DNA of 64,000 nt, taken from assembly GCA_023515725.1 (NCBI GenBank), contig JALDTO010000213.1, positions 628,280 to 692,279 on the forward strand, written 5' to 3'. Positions 50,440 through 64,000 of the stretch are shown one piece after another (the first letter of the stretch is position 1; every line of letters begins with the position of its first letter). The notes under the pieces are model-generated. The model was given only the letters and a program-made list of their open reading frames with translations, was not told the DNA's origin and searched no databases. A program made the position numbers and the translations under genes. Origin of the DNA: Amoeboaphelidium protococcarum X5 (lineage: Eukaryota; Fungi; Aphelidiomycota).

Positions 50440-52665
50440 ATGCTGGACATGTCTGATCTCGGTGCATCGCAGCAGTAATAATAACTGAATACTGATGCTC
50501 CATCCCAATAACACAAATCGTAGTACCTTAGGCTATAGAAACTTGGTGGGCGAAGCAATACCGGATCTGCAGCTAATGCTAGTTATGCGGGCACTGATGA
50601 GAACGGTCGTCCATTCAACTATTAATCGGCTGAGTAAATTAATGGACTGACCTTTGGGACGTTGAAGGAGCAAGAGTTCCACTTTAAATCCGTTCTGCAT
50701 TAGACTACTGTTACAAATATTCCACCACCGCATCACATTGCCGCGCAAGAATATGGTTAATACAATCAGTTGCATCCTCAGTTTGGACGTGGTGCTGACG
50801 AGTTTTAGCTATAGTAGCATTATGATCCCTACTCTCAGCCTCACATGCAATTGTAGAAACCATAGTAATAACAGCCGTTCTATTAACATAACGTCGCCAC
50901 TTAATTATAGTAACCGCAAGTTTAGCCAATGTTAGCCACTAGACCATAGATGTCTCGCGCGTATTATCTGAGAAGTAATCGCGGACGTTCATACTCACTG
51001 CCCTCATAATAATAACCACCTGCTGCTGTACTGGCTACCCAAGGCGTCGTTCCACCTCCAATGTCTAATGTTTATCCTTAGGTGGCTATTAGTCAAGAAC
51101 ATGCTCGTGGATCATAGTTTTTCACGCCATCTAATGAATCTGATAATGCCGGGCGGTACCAACATCAGGTTTAACAATAGCAATAGCATCCTTTCATGTC
51201 TCAGACTATGGCTTAGCAGTAGTAGTAGTAATTTTATAATAATGTTGCCTTGAAAAGTTTGGCTAATAGTCATGCTCAATTGCCTTCTTAACTTGGTTCT
51301 GCGTATGGTGGATATGAGCAGTCTCAGGCTTTCGTTCCTCATAATGCTTAGAAGAAGCAGTTGAATCATCATCAGTAATAACAGTAACCGTACGTTCCTG
51401 GTGGCGTGTGTTAGACTCCGCTGTCAACTATAGCGGAAGAGTGCTCCAATCTGAACTTACATTAGGGCGATGCTTGTCATCTGTTGAAGAGTAAAGTTAA
51501 CTTCAAACAGGCTCTGAGCAGATTGTCTGCTGGCAGGAGAGACTCATTTATCTCTGGCGATCCGTATAGTGAGCGGTTGGCTGTATTTGTGTCCAAGATG
51601 GTGTATTTGATCTTTTGGCAGGGCACTGGCTCGTACTCGGATCTGTACAATCAGTATTTTGATAATGTACACGGGTTCGATCTACTCAAGAATGACGTTT
51701 GGAATATGAAAGTTGTGCCCAGGGAGTTGTAAGAGTCTCAAGCAACCTCCTTCAACTAGATCGATGGCAACTTTATCAGTTATACGCGTCACTTACTGGA
51801 GACGATGTAGATCTCCTGCTCTACCGCTATACTTGCCTTGTTTTACCTACATCGTCTAAGACCCAAAGTGGAGTCCATGTTCGTCCAGGGCACATTTCAG
51901 GAGAATAACTGTGCTCAGAGTGGCGACAGTGGTAATGATAATATGTGCATGGATAACAATGCTGGTGGTTACGTGCGTCATTCTAATAACTCTTCTTCAA
52001 CTGGTGTTAACCTTCAGATGAATGGCTGTACTCCGGTGAAGAAGGTTAATGTTGCACACGCTCCTCCAACACCTGCCAGTCCTGGAGTTTATTAGAAGCA
52101 ATCTGCTTAATAATTTCATTAAAAGCAGTAGTAGTAATAACAAAATTAATTTAAGGCTTAGTACAGAAGAGATCCTAGGCTGGAGTATCGATTGTTCACA
52201 ATTGCACTTTTACTGGGTAATAAATATCTGGATGATCACTCGTACTCTAATAAGGCATGGAGTGAAGTGACCGGTATTGAGCTGCGCAAGTTGAATGTTA
52301 TGGAGATGGAGTTTCTAAAGTTTGTAAATTATGAGTTCTTGGTACATGAAGTTGAATATGTCTTATGGGTCAAGTGGTTGGAGCTGTTCCTGCTCAATAT
52401 GTCTGATAATGAGCCATTCTAGATGACAAATAGTGGAGGGAGTAGTAAAAGTATTAATAAAACTGCAAATTCTGGCCATGGAAATAGTGTATAGCCTCAG
52501 TAGGTACCTCCATCAGCTGGTAGCAGGCTCACTAATAGAATCAAGGCTGTCAAGAGGAGAATGACGATTGGTGTCTCATAGTCCAACACTGCGCCACCGC
52601 CATTAATGTAAAATAGTAGTAATAATAGCCATGTAAGTAGTCGAAGTGGTAAAGTGGAAATGTGA
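50440..52665 (+). CDS. Pho80/Pcl-family cyclin (Clg1/Pcl5-like) with long Gln-rich N-terminus, 741 aa
   Basis: ISCSTAILALFYLHRLR, RLFTIALLLGNKYLDDHSYSNKAWSEVTGIELRKLNVMEMEFL. Confidence 0.88.
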
Positions 52666-52750
52666 ATTATCAAGCTAATAAATAACCACTTAATTTAACA
52701 ATTGTATTTATACGTATTTTATGATTACGGGTAAAGAGTCTATCTATTAT

Positions 52751-53494
52751 TCAGAGATACCAATCTTCTTGACTCTCTTGATAAGCTCCAGATCGCTTGA
52801 GAGACTATAGTAGAACTTTCTCATTGTGCTCCGATAGCCATTTTGCCTCAAACCCGTTAGATCTGTCAACACCATCCCATCTCCATCCTGGTGTGATGTC
52901 GAAGCGATTAGACTAGTATTCACCGCCTTTATAGACGCGTTTCGTCCTCCCAGTAGTGTCCACTGTCAAGATTTCCAATTCATTATCTTTACTATTTCGA
53001 GGAGTGTCGCGCGTTAGTCTCTTCTACGGCGCAATGTATTTAGAGGAGGAGGATTGCTATTAATTATCTCTGGATTTACTCTATTCTATGACGTCCGGTA
53101 GTGGTGATAAGTCGCTTTAAGACGTCAGCTATTCGGATTACTAAGATTCGGGAAGCTGTACAATAGTCGCACCTTCCAATTCCTGTTCATACTCATAATC
53201 GCGCTCTATCCTCTTGAATCCACCACCACCTCTCTTGGATTTCTCATTAGCATTTTTACTGTGAAGTTAGCTTTATTGATCATTATTGAGTTAATCCGGC
53301 GAGTAATCATCATTCTATCTATCGCTCTACGATTTCTATTATTAAGATGCAGAGCTATACTTTTCATACACCTTCATCCATTTAGGTATCTTTTTAGTAG
53401 TAGTAGTAGTAGTAGTAGAAGATGAAGTTTATTGTTAACGCCCACTCTGTTTTAAATCTTACGCGGCTTAATCTTCTAATCTGAATCGTTTCAT
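52751..53494 (-). CDS. BUD13: RES complex splicing factor Bud13/Cwc26, 247 aa
   Basis: [21 protein letters not shown] signature. Absent from the supplied ORF track. Confidence 0.9.
53395..53418. repeat. (TAG)8 microsatellite; encodes poly-Thr on the minus strand in BUD13
   Basis: Direct reading of the sequence. Confidence 0.85.
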
Positions 53495-53718
53495 TAAATA
53501 CTATCAGGACTCGCCTGTCTAATTGTTAATCAATCAATCAAATGGGTGACTCAGTATGTGAATATATGTGAATCTAAAATCGCTATTCTTAGGCAATTTA
53601 CGCTGCAGTATAAATATTCTATGGACATGAGTAAAAGAGTGGAAGAAGCACACCCGCGTCAATCTTCTCATTCTTTTCCAAAACCAATTTAATAAAGCGT
53701 CCAACTCATCAATAAATC

Positions 53719-54084
53719 ATGGCCGATCCGGGTAAAGTGCCTCCAATGATATCATTCACATAATAGAAAATTGCTCGATAAAGAGACTAGTTTTATCCAC
53801 CGTCTACTGTGACAGATTAAAGCGATACCCAGCCGTCTAGTGCTACCCATTCTATATCAAATGATCAAGGGAACGCTGAGTAACAATAGCAATAACAACT
53901 ACAATAGACAACATCATTATCATTATAATCAGTGGAAGAGAAACGCATAAATAGACTTATAAGAGAGTAGAGTAGATTGGCTAATTAGAGAATGTAAACC
54001 TTCTGGTCGATGGGTATTGATCCTTTCAAAGCTAGCATTGAACGAGTGTCTGCACTGGTAGATTTCGATTCCTAATCTGATTGA
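53719..54084 (+). CDS. Small hypothetical protein, 121 aa
   Basis: ATG-to-TGA frame containing a mixed CAA/TAA/TAG poly-Gln tract, as in neighbouring genes, followed by AATAAA. No family recognised. Confidence 0.65.
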
Positions 54085-54592
54085 TATTGTTTAATGTCTT
54101 AAAAGTATATACAAAAGTAGAGAATAAAATTTATGTGATTTTTACTGTACACTTAGAATAAATATATAATAGATTGTACTATCGTTGGTTGTTTTAGTTG
54201 AAGATTTGATCGCGTCCACGTTAATATGGCTGGTCAGATGCTTACTTGGCTGAATTGTATTTGAACATTTTCAAATCTGAGAAGGTTCAACCAAACATTT
54301 CCAAAAGTATTCGTATCAGGATTGATAGCAATGTGTAATGCTTAAAAGTAAAGCCGATTTTTCCTAATTAATGCACACATACGCACTCTCCCTCGCTCAA
54401 ACGTCAACTCGCAAATCAACTCTGGAATTACTTTGCGAGCGAGCGATCGTCGTCTGTTATTATCGTCGTCCTTATTCATTTCTTTCGTTCTCTCCTTGGG
54501 CCTTTCTTCTCTTTAAATCAACTGGCGACAGTTGTACTAGTAAGAACAAGTAGTTCAAGTGTGTGTTACTGAGGCAGAGATTGACTTTGGAA

Positions 54593-57500
54593 ATGAAGAG
54601 AGTTTATCCCTAATATTAGTAGTAGGCGCAATAGCCTTTTCCGTAACCTGGTTCCTAGCAGTATTAAAGGTTAGATATATGTATGTGTGTGGTTTAAGAG
54701 TTCTAAATATTAATTACTTTTGTGATCTTTCAACTTTGTATGTGTGTAGTAGTAATAATGGCTCATAATAGTTTGCTTCTGCTCCTAATGGACAATATTA
54801 GTAACCAGTTTAACAGCAGTAGTATTAGTAACAACCGTAGCAGGATGTTGAAGATATGGGACATTCGTTCAATCAGTAGCAAAGGTCAATTCCATAACAG
54901 CAGTAGTATTAGTAGAATGGACAATACTAGTAGGCGTCTCCTCCAATGTCTGCTGGATCTAGTCAGCATTCGTTTACAGGGAGCGGTGGTTAATTGCAGT
55001 AACATTAGTAATAGTAGAGTGCTTCCAATCGTAGAAGACTTTATCCGGGGTCTATAACGTCTGCGTACACGTAGTCTCCTGCATCCCCTGGTTCTTAGAT
55101 GTAGTATTAGTAGGGAGCACCTTAATAGTAGTAATAGTATCCGCAGTATGAAGGATAATAATCTGCTGGTTCGTTGTCATTGTCTCAGTAGTTTCAGCCG
55201 ATGCAGCAACAATAATTGTAGTAGCCGTATTAGTAATAATAGTAGCAGTAATAGCCTTTGCATTAGCAGTTTAATTCCATGAGTCTTACTGCGTAGAACA
55301 ATTAGGCTCTGAATGCAATTCCTCTTATTGGTCTTATGCCTGATCTATCTGCTTTGTCTAGAATTCCGTCCCCGCCTGCAATGCCTTCGCTACATCAGTA
55401 AATGCCTCCAGCCAGTGCTCCTACTAATTTCTAAAGATTGACGTTGAATGTGGCGCCATAGTCTTACAATTTGCTGTCCAAGAGTAAATTGCCTTTTGGA
55501 ATAGTGATTAATCCATTTAAGACTGTGGCTGATAATGAATGTGTACCAGTGATGGGGATGAGTTCACGCCAAGATCCGGGATAGCCTGTGTTTGAGGCTC
55601 CAGGCATTATTAGGTGTAAAAGATGTCGTACCTATATTAATCCTTATATTTAATATGTGGACTCGGGTCATTGGAGATGCAATGTGTGTTTTCTGATTAA
55701 CGACACGCCAGCCTTCTTTGATTATGACTCTGGACACTAAGGTGGTGGTGACTAGCAGTAGTCGTTCAATAGATACAATAGACCAGAAGTTTAGTACTCT
55801 TGTATCGAGTATGTAGCACCTCAAGAGTATATGGTTAGACCACCTTAGCCTCCTGTCTACATATTTGTGATTGATGTCTCTTATTCTGCCGTAGCTTGTG
55901 GAATGCTTCCTGCAGTTACCAGGTGTCTTCGTAACAATCTGGATTCTATTCCCAATGAGGATGGACGGTCAAAGGTTGGATTTATGGCTGTGGATGCGCA
56001 CATCCATTACTTTAATCTTAACACTGAGAGTGGAGAGCCGCAGATTATGGTAATGTCAGATTTGGATGATGCTGATCCTCCCATGCCGGAGAGCCTTCTT
56101 GTCAATTTGAGTGAGTGCAGAGAAAGTATTGACAATTTATTAGACCAGTTGCCTCAGCTATATCAAAATCCTCAGGGGAATTAGAATGCTATGGGTGCCG
56201 GTATGTAGTCTGCGTTGAAAATGATCAGTAATATTGGTGGAAAGTTGGTGATGTTGCAGAGTGCTATGCCATCAGTCGGTCCAGGTGCAGTCAGTCCTCG
56301 TGAAGATCCCAAGATGTTGGGCACTAGTGCTGAGAACACTTTGTTGTAGTAGTCCATATCATTTTATAAGACGTTTGCAGTGGAATGTTCCCGTCTTCAA
56401 GTCAGCGTTGATATGTTTTTATTTGGTAATCAGTACTTGGATCTTGTGACTCTGAGTAGTGCTGTGAGGTACACGGCGGGAACTGTTTATTATTATCCTG
56501 GCTTCAATTCTAGTAGAATGGAGGACACTGTTAAATTCACGTCTGAGATGTAGCACTTTCTGTCTCGTCCAATGGGTCTTGAGGCTGTGTTGAGAGTGCG
56601 TGCTTCTAAAGGCATAAGGATCGATGCGTTCCATGGCAACTTCTTTACGAGATCCTCCGACCTGCTGTCATTGCCGACTGTGTCTCCAGATAATTCATTT
56701 GGTTTCCAGTTGACGATTGAAGAGAATCTTAATTATGAGTTTGCTTGCATTCAGACTGCATTGCTCTACACGACAGACTTTAGTGAGCGGAGAATACGAA
56801 TCATTACTACATCGTTCCCTGTTGTTAATGATATGGCGGAGCTGTTCAAGAATGTTGACTAAATGGCGATGATGAATCTGTTGGGTAAGATGGCCGTGGA
56901 GCGAGCCGTTACTGCAAAGTTGGAAGATGCTAGAGATGCATTGACTAACAAGTGCGTTGATGTGCTGAAAGTGTATAAGACTTCATTCAGTTCAGCTGGA
57001 CAGAATCCACAGCTGCTTGCGTGTGAGAATCTCAAGTTGATGCCTCTTATGACCTTGGGCTTGATAAAGAACAAGGCACTGAGATGCGGTTCTCATACAC
57101 CATCAGATATTCGTGTACATGCAATGTCATTTTTGAGAACATTGCCTGCCGAATTGTCTTCAATCCTGATCTATCCATCATTGTACGAGTTGCATTCTAT
57201 GCCTGCTCCTGTTGGCCTTCCTGCAGAAGGTGAAGATGCTACCCATATTAATGGAATTATAATGCCTCAGCCTGTTACATTGACTTCTGAGCGATTTGCT
57301 AGACATGGTTTGTATTTGATGGATACGTTTGATTCTTTGATCTTGTGGGTTGGACGCGCTGTGCCGGAGAATATCATTCAGGAGCTGTTTGATCGTCCAT
57401 CGTATGAGTAGCTGCAGGTTGGAAAGTAGGCTCTGCCTGAACTACAGACTGGACTTAGTGTGCGCGTTAGAAGTATTATACAATGTATCCGCAGTCAGTA

Positions 57501-57666
57501 GTTGTTAAGAAAGTACATTTATGCGCCTGTGATTGTGGTGAAGGAAGACGTGTCTGATCCGTACAAGATTGCCTTCCTGCACAATCTGATTGAAGACCGC
57601 TCCGAGTTTGGATCCACTTATATTCAATTTTTGAATGATATACGTGACAAGGTGAACAAATAGTGA
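54593..57666 (+). CDS. SEC24: COPII coat subunit Sec24, 2 exons (intron 54670-54749), about 997 aa
   Basis: MKRVYPQ start, zinc finger [11 protein letters not shown]...[57 protein letters not shown]. Confidence 0.95.
54670..54749 (+). other. Spliceosomal intron in SEC24 (80 nt; tandem TAGTAG acceptor possible)
   Basis: GTTAGA...TGTGTAG; removal joins exon 1 to the main frame. Confidence 0.8.
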
Positions 57667-57851
57667 ATAAAAACTTTTTAAATGACGAATTGCATTGATT
57701 TCAAATCTTTATATCAGAGTAGCGGTGGTCTGGGTAAATGTGATCTTAAGCGCGCGTTGAATTGTTTCGCTTTTCAATCTGCGCTCCATTGACTTGCGTA
57801 AACTTTTCTGGTTCTTCTTTATAGTTTACCGTAATTATCAACTACTTCAGA

Positions 57852-59690
57852 ATGAAAACAAGACAGTCAATGGGTTAGAGTACTTCTTAAGGACTTGTTT
57901 AAAGTGCTAGCATTCAGAGCGAGTCCAACATGGCTACCCCTACCAAGAGCTAAATCTCAAGGCGTCGTTCAGTCAGACTCCGATCCTCTCCACAATCCAA
58001 TTCTGCCAACTCTGAATAGGAAAACAATTCTCCCAAAGTGCTGAATAATTAAGCGGCTGAAGATGTTCAACAGCCAAATGTTACTGAATAGACTCCATCT
58101 AAAAAATACTAGCTTCGTTCATAAGCTGTGGAGTCTGAGGCGCTCACTCCACAGCATCGAAGAACGGCATCGCTGAAACAAATCCCTGGCCGCGCATAAT
58201 CATTATAATCGTCCACTGTGCTCACACCAGGTAAAGGCGGCACCTATCTGACTCCTGTTAGAAAGTTTGGTCTCGCTGGAAGTCATTCACTGAATAATAA
58301 TGGTGAAGACAGTGCGAATATTGAGGAAACCCCCAGAAGTAAGGCCATACGTAGACAATGTGTGATAGATGCATTTATGAAGCGACGTATGGATCACGTG
58401 GAGACGAGCGACGAAAGTGAAGAAGAATTGAGTGATGATGATGATGATGACTGGGAGAGTCCTGTGAAGCGCGAGAGTCTGCCGCATGATGGTGTATACG
58501 ATTAGTTTGACTCTTTGGTATAGACGCCATCTAAACCATCTTCAAAGAAGCAAAAGTAGTCATAAAGCTCATCGTCCCAAGTGTAATTTATAGAGACTGA
58601 TTAAGAGTCTGACGAAGAAGATGCAGCATATTTCAACGTTCTGAATCGAATGAGATCCTCTAAAACTTCAGATAATACTCTTGCTGACCTGCCTCAACTG
58701 AATGTGGAGAATATCTCAACTCTACTTTCTGAAATGGAGATATAAAACCATGATTTGAAGTTGAATCTAGAGTAGCAGCACCGAAATAAGTTTACATAGT
58801 GGCGTTTTGAATTGGACTATGGATTCAATCTCATGTTTTATGGACTTGGTGATAAGACGAGTCTAATTAAGGAATTTGTTAAAACTCTGCTGAATGGTTT
58901 GGTGATTGAAATGGATGGTCTGAGTTCTTAATTGTCTCTAAGAGAAGTTCTTATTAGCGCGTTAAAGTTCCTTAAACCTAAAAGCAATCCTGTTGGAAAT
59001 GTCACTGATTTTTCGCATATTTTAGTCGAATTGCTCAAGGAGCCTATGTATCTTGTGGTTCATCATCTCGATGGTCCTTCTCTGAGAAATCAGAGCTTTT
59101 ACGAAAGCCTCCAGATACTCTGCCAATCTTAGTTTGTTCATTTGGTGTGCAGTGTGGATCATTTACATTTTGCCTAATTACTGGATGAAAAGCAGGTCAA
59201 TGCTCTGAATTTGATATTTCACGATTTGACCACCTTTACTCATTATGACTTTGAGAATTTGCTGGCTCAAAATGTCAATAAAAGTTCTCAGTAGGAAATC
59301 ATATCCATCGGGATGGATGGCGTCTTGTAGAGTTCTCATCAGTAGCAGAAAATGGACATTCGCAGAGTTATGTTCGTGCTGGATAGTTTGGTGGAGAATG
59401 CGAAAAAAATCTTGATTCTCCTGGTTGAGCATCAGCTACAGGAATTGGCATTGGATGACATTGCTGTATTTGCAGATTCAGGTTTGACATTTCAGAATTA
59501 CTTTAACAAGTGTAGAGACAAGTTCTTGACTAGCACTACGACGTCTTTCAGGAATTTATTGACAGAGTTGACTGATCACGATGTCGTCGTTGTTGGAGAC
59601 AACTCTGATGGGGTAGAGTGTTACGTTGTGCCTTGTGACAAGGACATGCTACTCACTATTCTGGAGTAACTCAAGACTCTCATTAAATGA
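57852..59690 (+). CDS. ORC2: Origin recognition complex subunit 2, 612 aa
   Basis: QWRFELDYGFNLMFYGLGDK, LVVHHLDGPSLR, LVCSVDH, FHDLTTF, LTELTDH; N-terminus rich in TP/SP CDK sites. Confidence 0.92.
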
Positions 59691-59843
59691 ACCTTGTATG
59701 AATTGAACGACTGTTGAATATTATCATTAAAACTTTGTATACAGAATTTGTATTGAAGCGCGTTTGCTCGTTCGAAAGCCTCGCTCTTTCTCGTGTTGTT
59801 TCAACCTTCATTTCACTCAAGGAACTTCAGTTCTAAATAAATA

Positions 59844-60813
59844 ATGAATATTGCAACCATTGTAAAGTAGTGCTCAACAGAGCTGTCCGATGCAGAGTTT
59901 AAGTAGGCAGTTGCCAAGTCGTCAGAGTACATGAGGATTCTAAAAAGAAACATTGATGGCAGTTCCTTATCTGGTGTCTCACTGGCGCCGGTCAGCGTCT
60001 CTCTGGCATTGAAAGATCTTAATTTTAATTATAACCAGTAAGCTTTAGTGAAAAGTTGTGGTTTGAGTTCAAAGGACTTTATGGAATAGATCTAAAGCTC
60101 ATAGGCAATCGTCAAAAACTCTGGTTCGATAAAGCTAGATGGAGGGGAGAAGGCTAAAGACCGCGACATTTATCATGAGTTATCTATTAAATATGGATGC
60201 TCACCATTGCTGAGTACATTTTAGAAATTTCATCAATTGGTCATGGATTCTGTGTATACGAGTCGGCATGCAGAGGTGAAACTGTAGACTGCTCTTTTCA
60301 TTGCCAACTTTTTGCTGGTTTGTGACGCGATAAAATTCAAAGTAAAAGTCAAGGAGTTGTGTGATGGCTAGTAAGTGACAACTAAAGAAGTGAATTCCAT
60401 AAAGGGTAAGTTGATGGAGTAATAGCCGGTAAAGATGTTTCTTTCTCAGCTTGATGCCAAAGAGTTTGAAACGCTTCTGGCATCGGCGAGAAAACAGCCA
60501 AAGAGAGCGATTTATGCTGAGGGCTATGAAAAGAGTCAAGATGCGATAAATCCATCACTGTAGCCGTCTGATAAAAAGGCAAGAGTGTATCAAACTGGGA
60601 TGGTTTCAATGGTAAAATTGATAATACTTTGACTTTTATCATACTCTTCTAAATACATGTCGTGTGTAGGTTCCCGATTATGAAGTTTTGGCTGCACAAT
60701 ATAGTGAATGGGTGATGAACATTAAGAGAATAATCGCATTATCTACTGATGTAAAAGTGAAACAACCGAAGAGTACATAGAAAGCTACTCTAACAAAGCG
60801 ATCTAGAATCTGA
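59844..60813 (+). CDS. ORC6: Origin recognition complex subunit 6, 2 exons (intron 60612-60669), 303 aa
   Basis: KSSEYMRIL, LVKSCGLS, ELSIKYGC; after splicing, GMVSMVPDYEVLAAQYSEWVMNI matches the Orc6 C-terminal Y..W helix. Confidence 0.8.
60612..60669 (+). other. Spliceosomal intron in ORC6 (58 nt)
   Basis: GTAAAA...TGTGTAG; contains an in-frame TGA; removal restores the Orc6 C-terminal motif. Confidence 0.8.
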
Positions 60814-60975
60814 AATTTGAATTTAAAGATTGCTGTGCAGCCCATACGAATGAGGGCTTTGATCTCTCTAAAAATAGACTTTCGCGTCCTGATATTGTTG
60901 AGCTTGATTCTGTACTTTAAACTCCTTTCTCTATTATTCGTGTTATCTATAATACTACTAATTGAATCAACAATA

Positions 60976-63417
<2,442 letters not shown>

Positions 63418-63509
63418 TGTAATGATGATAAATCGGGAAATATATAGATTTTTAGATGGTTGAAATGGTAAATGAGTGCAATTCAAATTGTATTTTCGGA
63501 CTACATCAT

Positions 63510-63840
63510 TCATTCATTTTTAGACACTGCTTTTAAGGCCTCCAATTTAGTCATAAGCTTGTTGCAATCCATTACCAAGTTTTACTGCTTCAATTGCACT
63601 ACAGTACTCGCAATAAAGGAAAACAAATTCAATAACAAGATATGATATTTAAGAAAATACCTTCAGCATTGATGGTACTGCCCAAATCGCGCTCACTTGG
63701 AATGGAAATCAGTTAGTCATACGACTTTGATAGATCATCAAACTCTACAAGAACATCTATCAATTAAATTGATTGTATATTTTACATTACTCAAGCGACT
63801 CTTTCAAAGTTTTGACAGTTGTTTTCGCGTCAAGATCCAT
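63510..63840 (-). CDS. Small 3-exon helical protein, Mediator subunit Med22-like, about 75 aa (introns 63745-63785 and 63599-63660)
   Basis: Splicing two GT-AG introns gives MDLDAKTTVKTLKESLEQQFDDLSKSYDQLISIPSERDLGSTINAEVQLKQQNLVMDCNKLMTKLEALKAVSKNE, which resembles the two Med22/Srb6 helices. Confidence 0.6.
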
Positions 63841-64000
63841 CAATCACTTTTGTAAACGGTGCAAGTATACCGTAGAGATAAGATGAAGAAAGACGAAAGA
63901 ACACACTTAGGTGTATGATTGAGTAAATTTGATGTAACAAAGAATATACGCTACATTGTCTAGACATTCGCTTTCCAAGGCGAATACTCTGACTTACTAG

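Overview
Gene-dense, intron-poor eukaryotic nuclear DNA (roughly 40% GC by eye) from a fungus-related lineage with a non-standard genetic code: TAA and TAG are read as Gln and TGA is the only stop (translation table 6). The supplied ORF track assumes TAA/TAG are stops, so it breaks the genes into fragments. Re-translated by hand with TAR=Gln, the window resolves into about 33 protein-coding genes, all complete except the first. The code plus the fungal-type gene set (Bsd2, Kin1, EGCrP/Egh1-like GH5, Pho80-family cyclin, Sec24 starting KRVYPQ) best fits an aphelid such as Amoeboaphelidium protococcarum; this is an inference. Notable content: a PH-domain dynamin, an I-BAR+SH3 protein, a receptor-like kinase with almost no ectodomain, an ADAM protease with an extra domain, a DCAF6-like WD40 protein with an unrecognised repeated helical domain, a bacterial-like CocE/NonD hydrolase, tandem ORC2-ORC6, degenerate copia gag remnants, five short introns all ending TGTAG, and an apparent excess of TAR codons just before the terminal TGA. 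Coordinates and family calls come from manual translation and motif recognition; no database searches were run.
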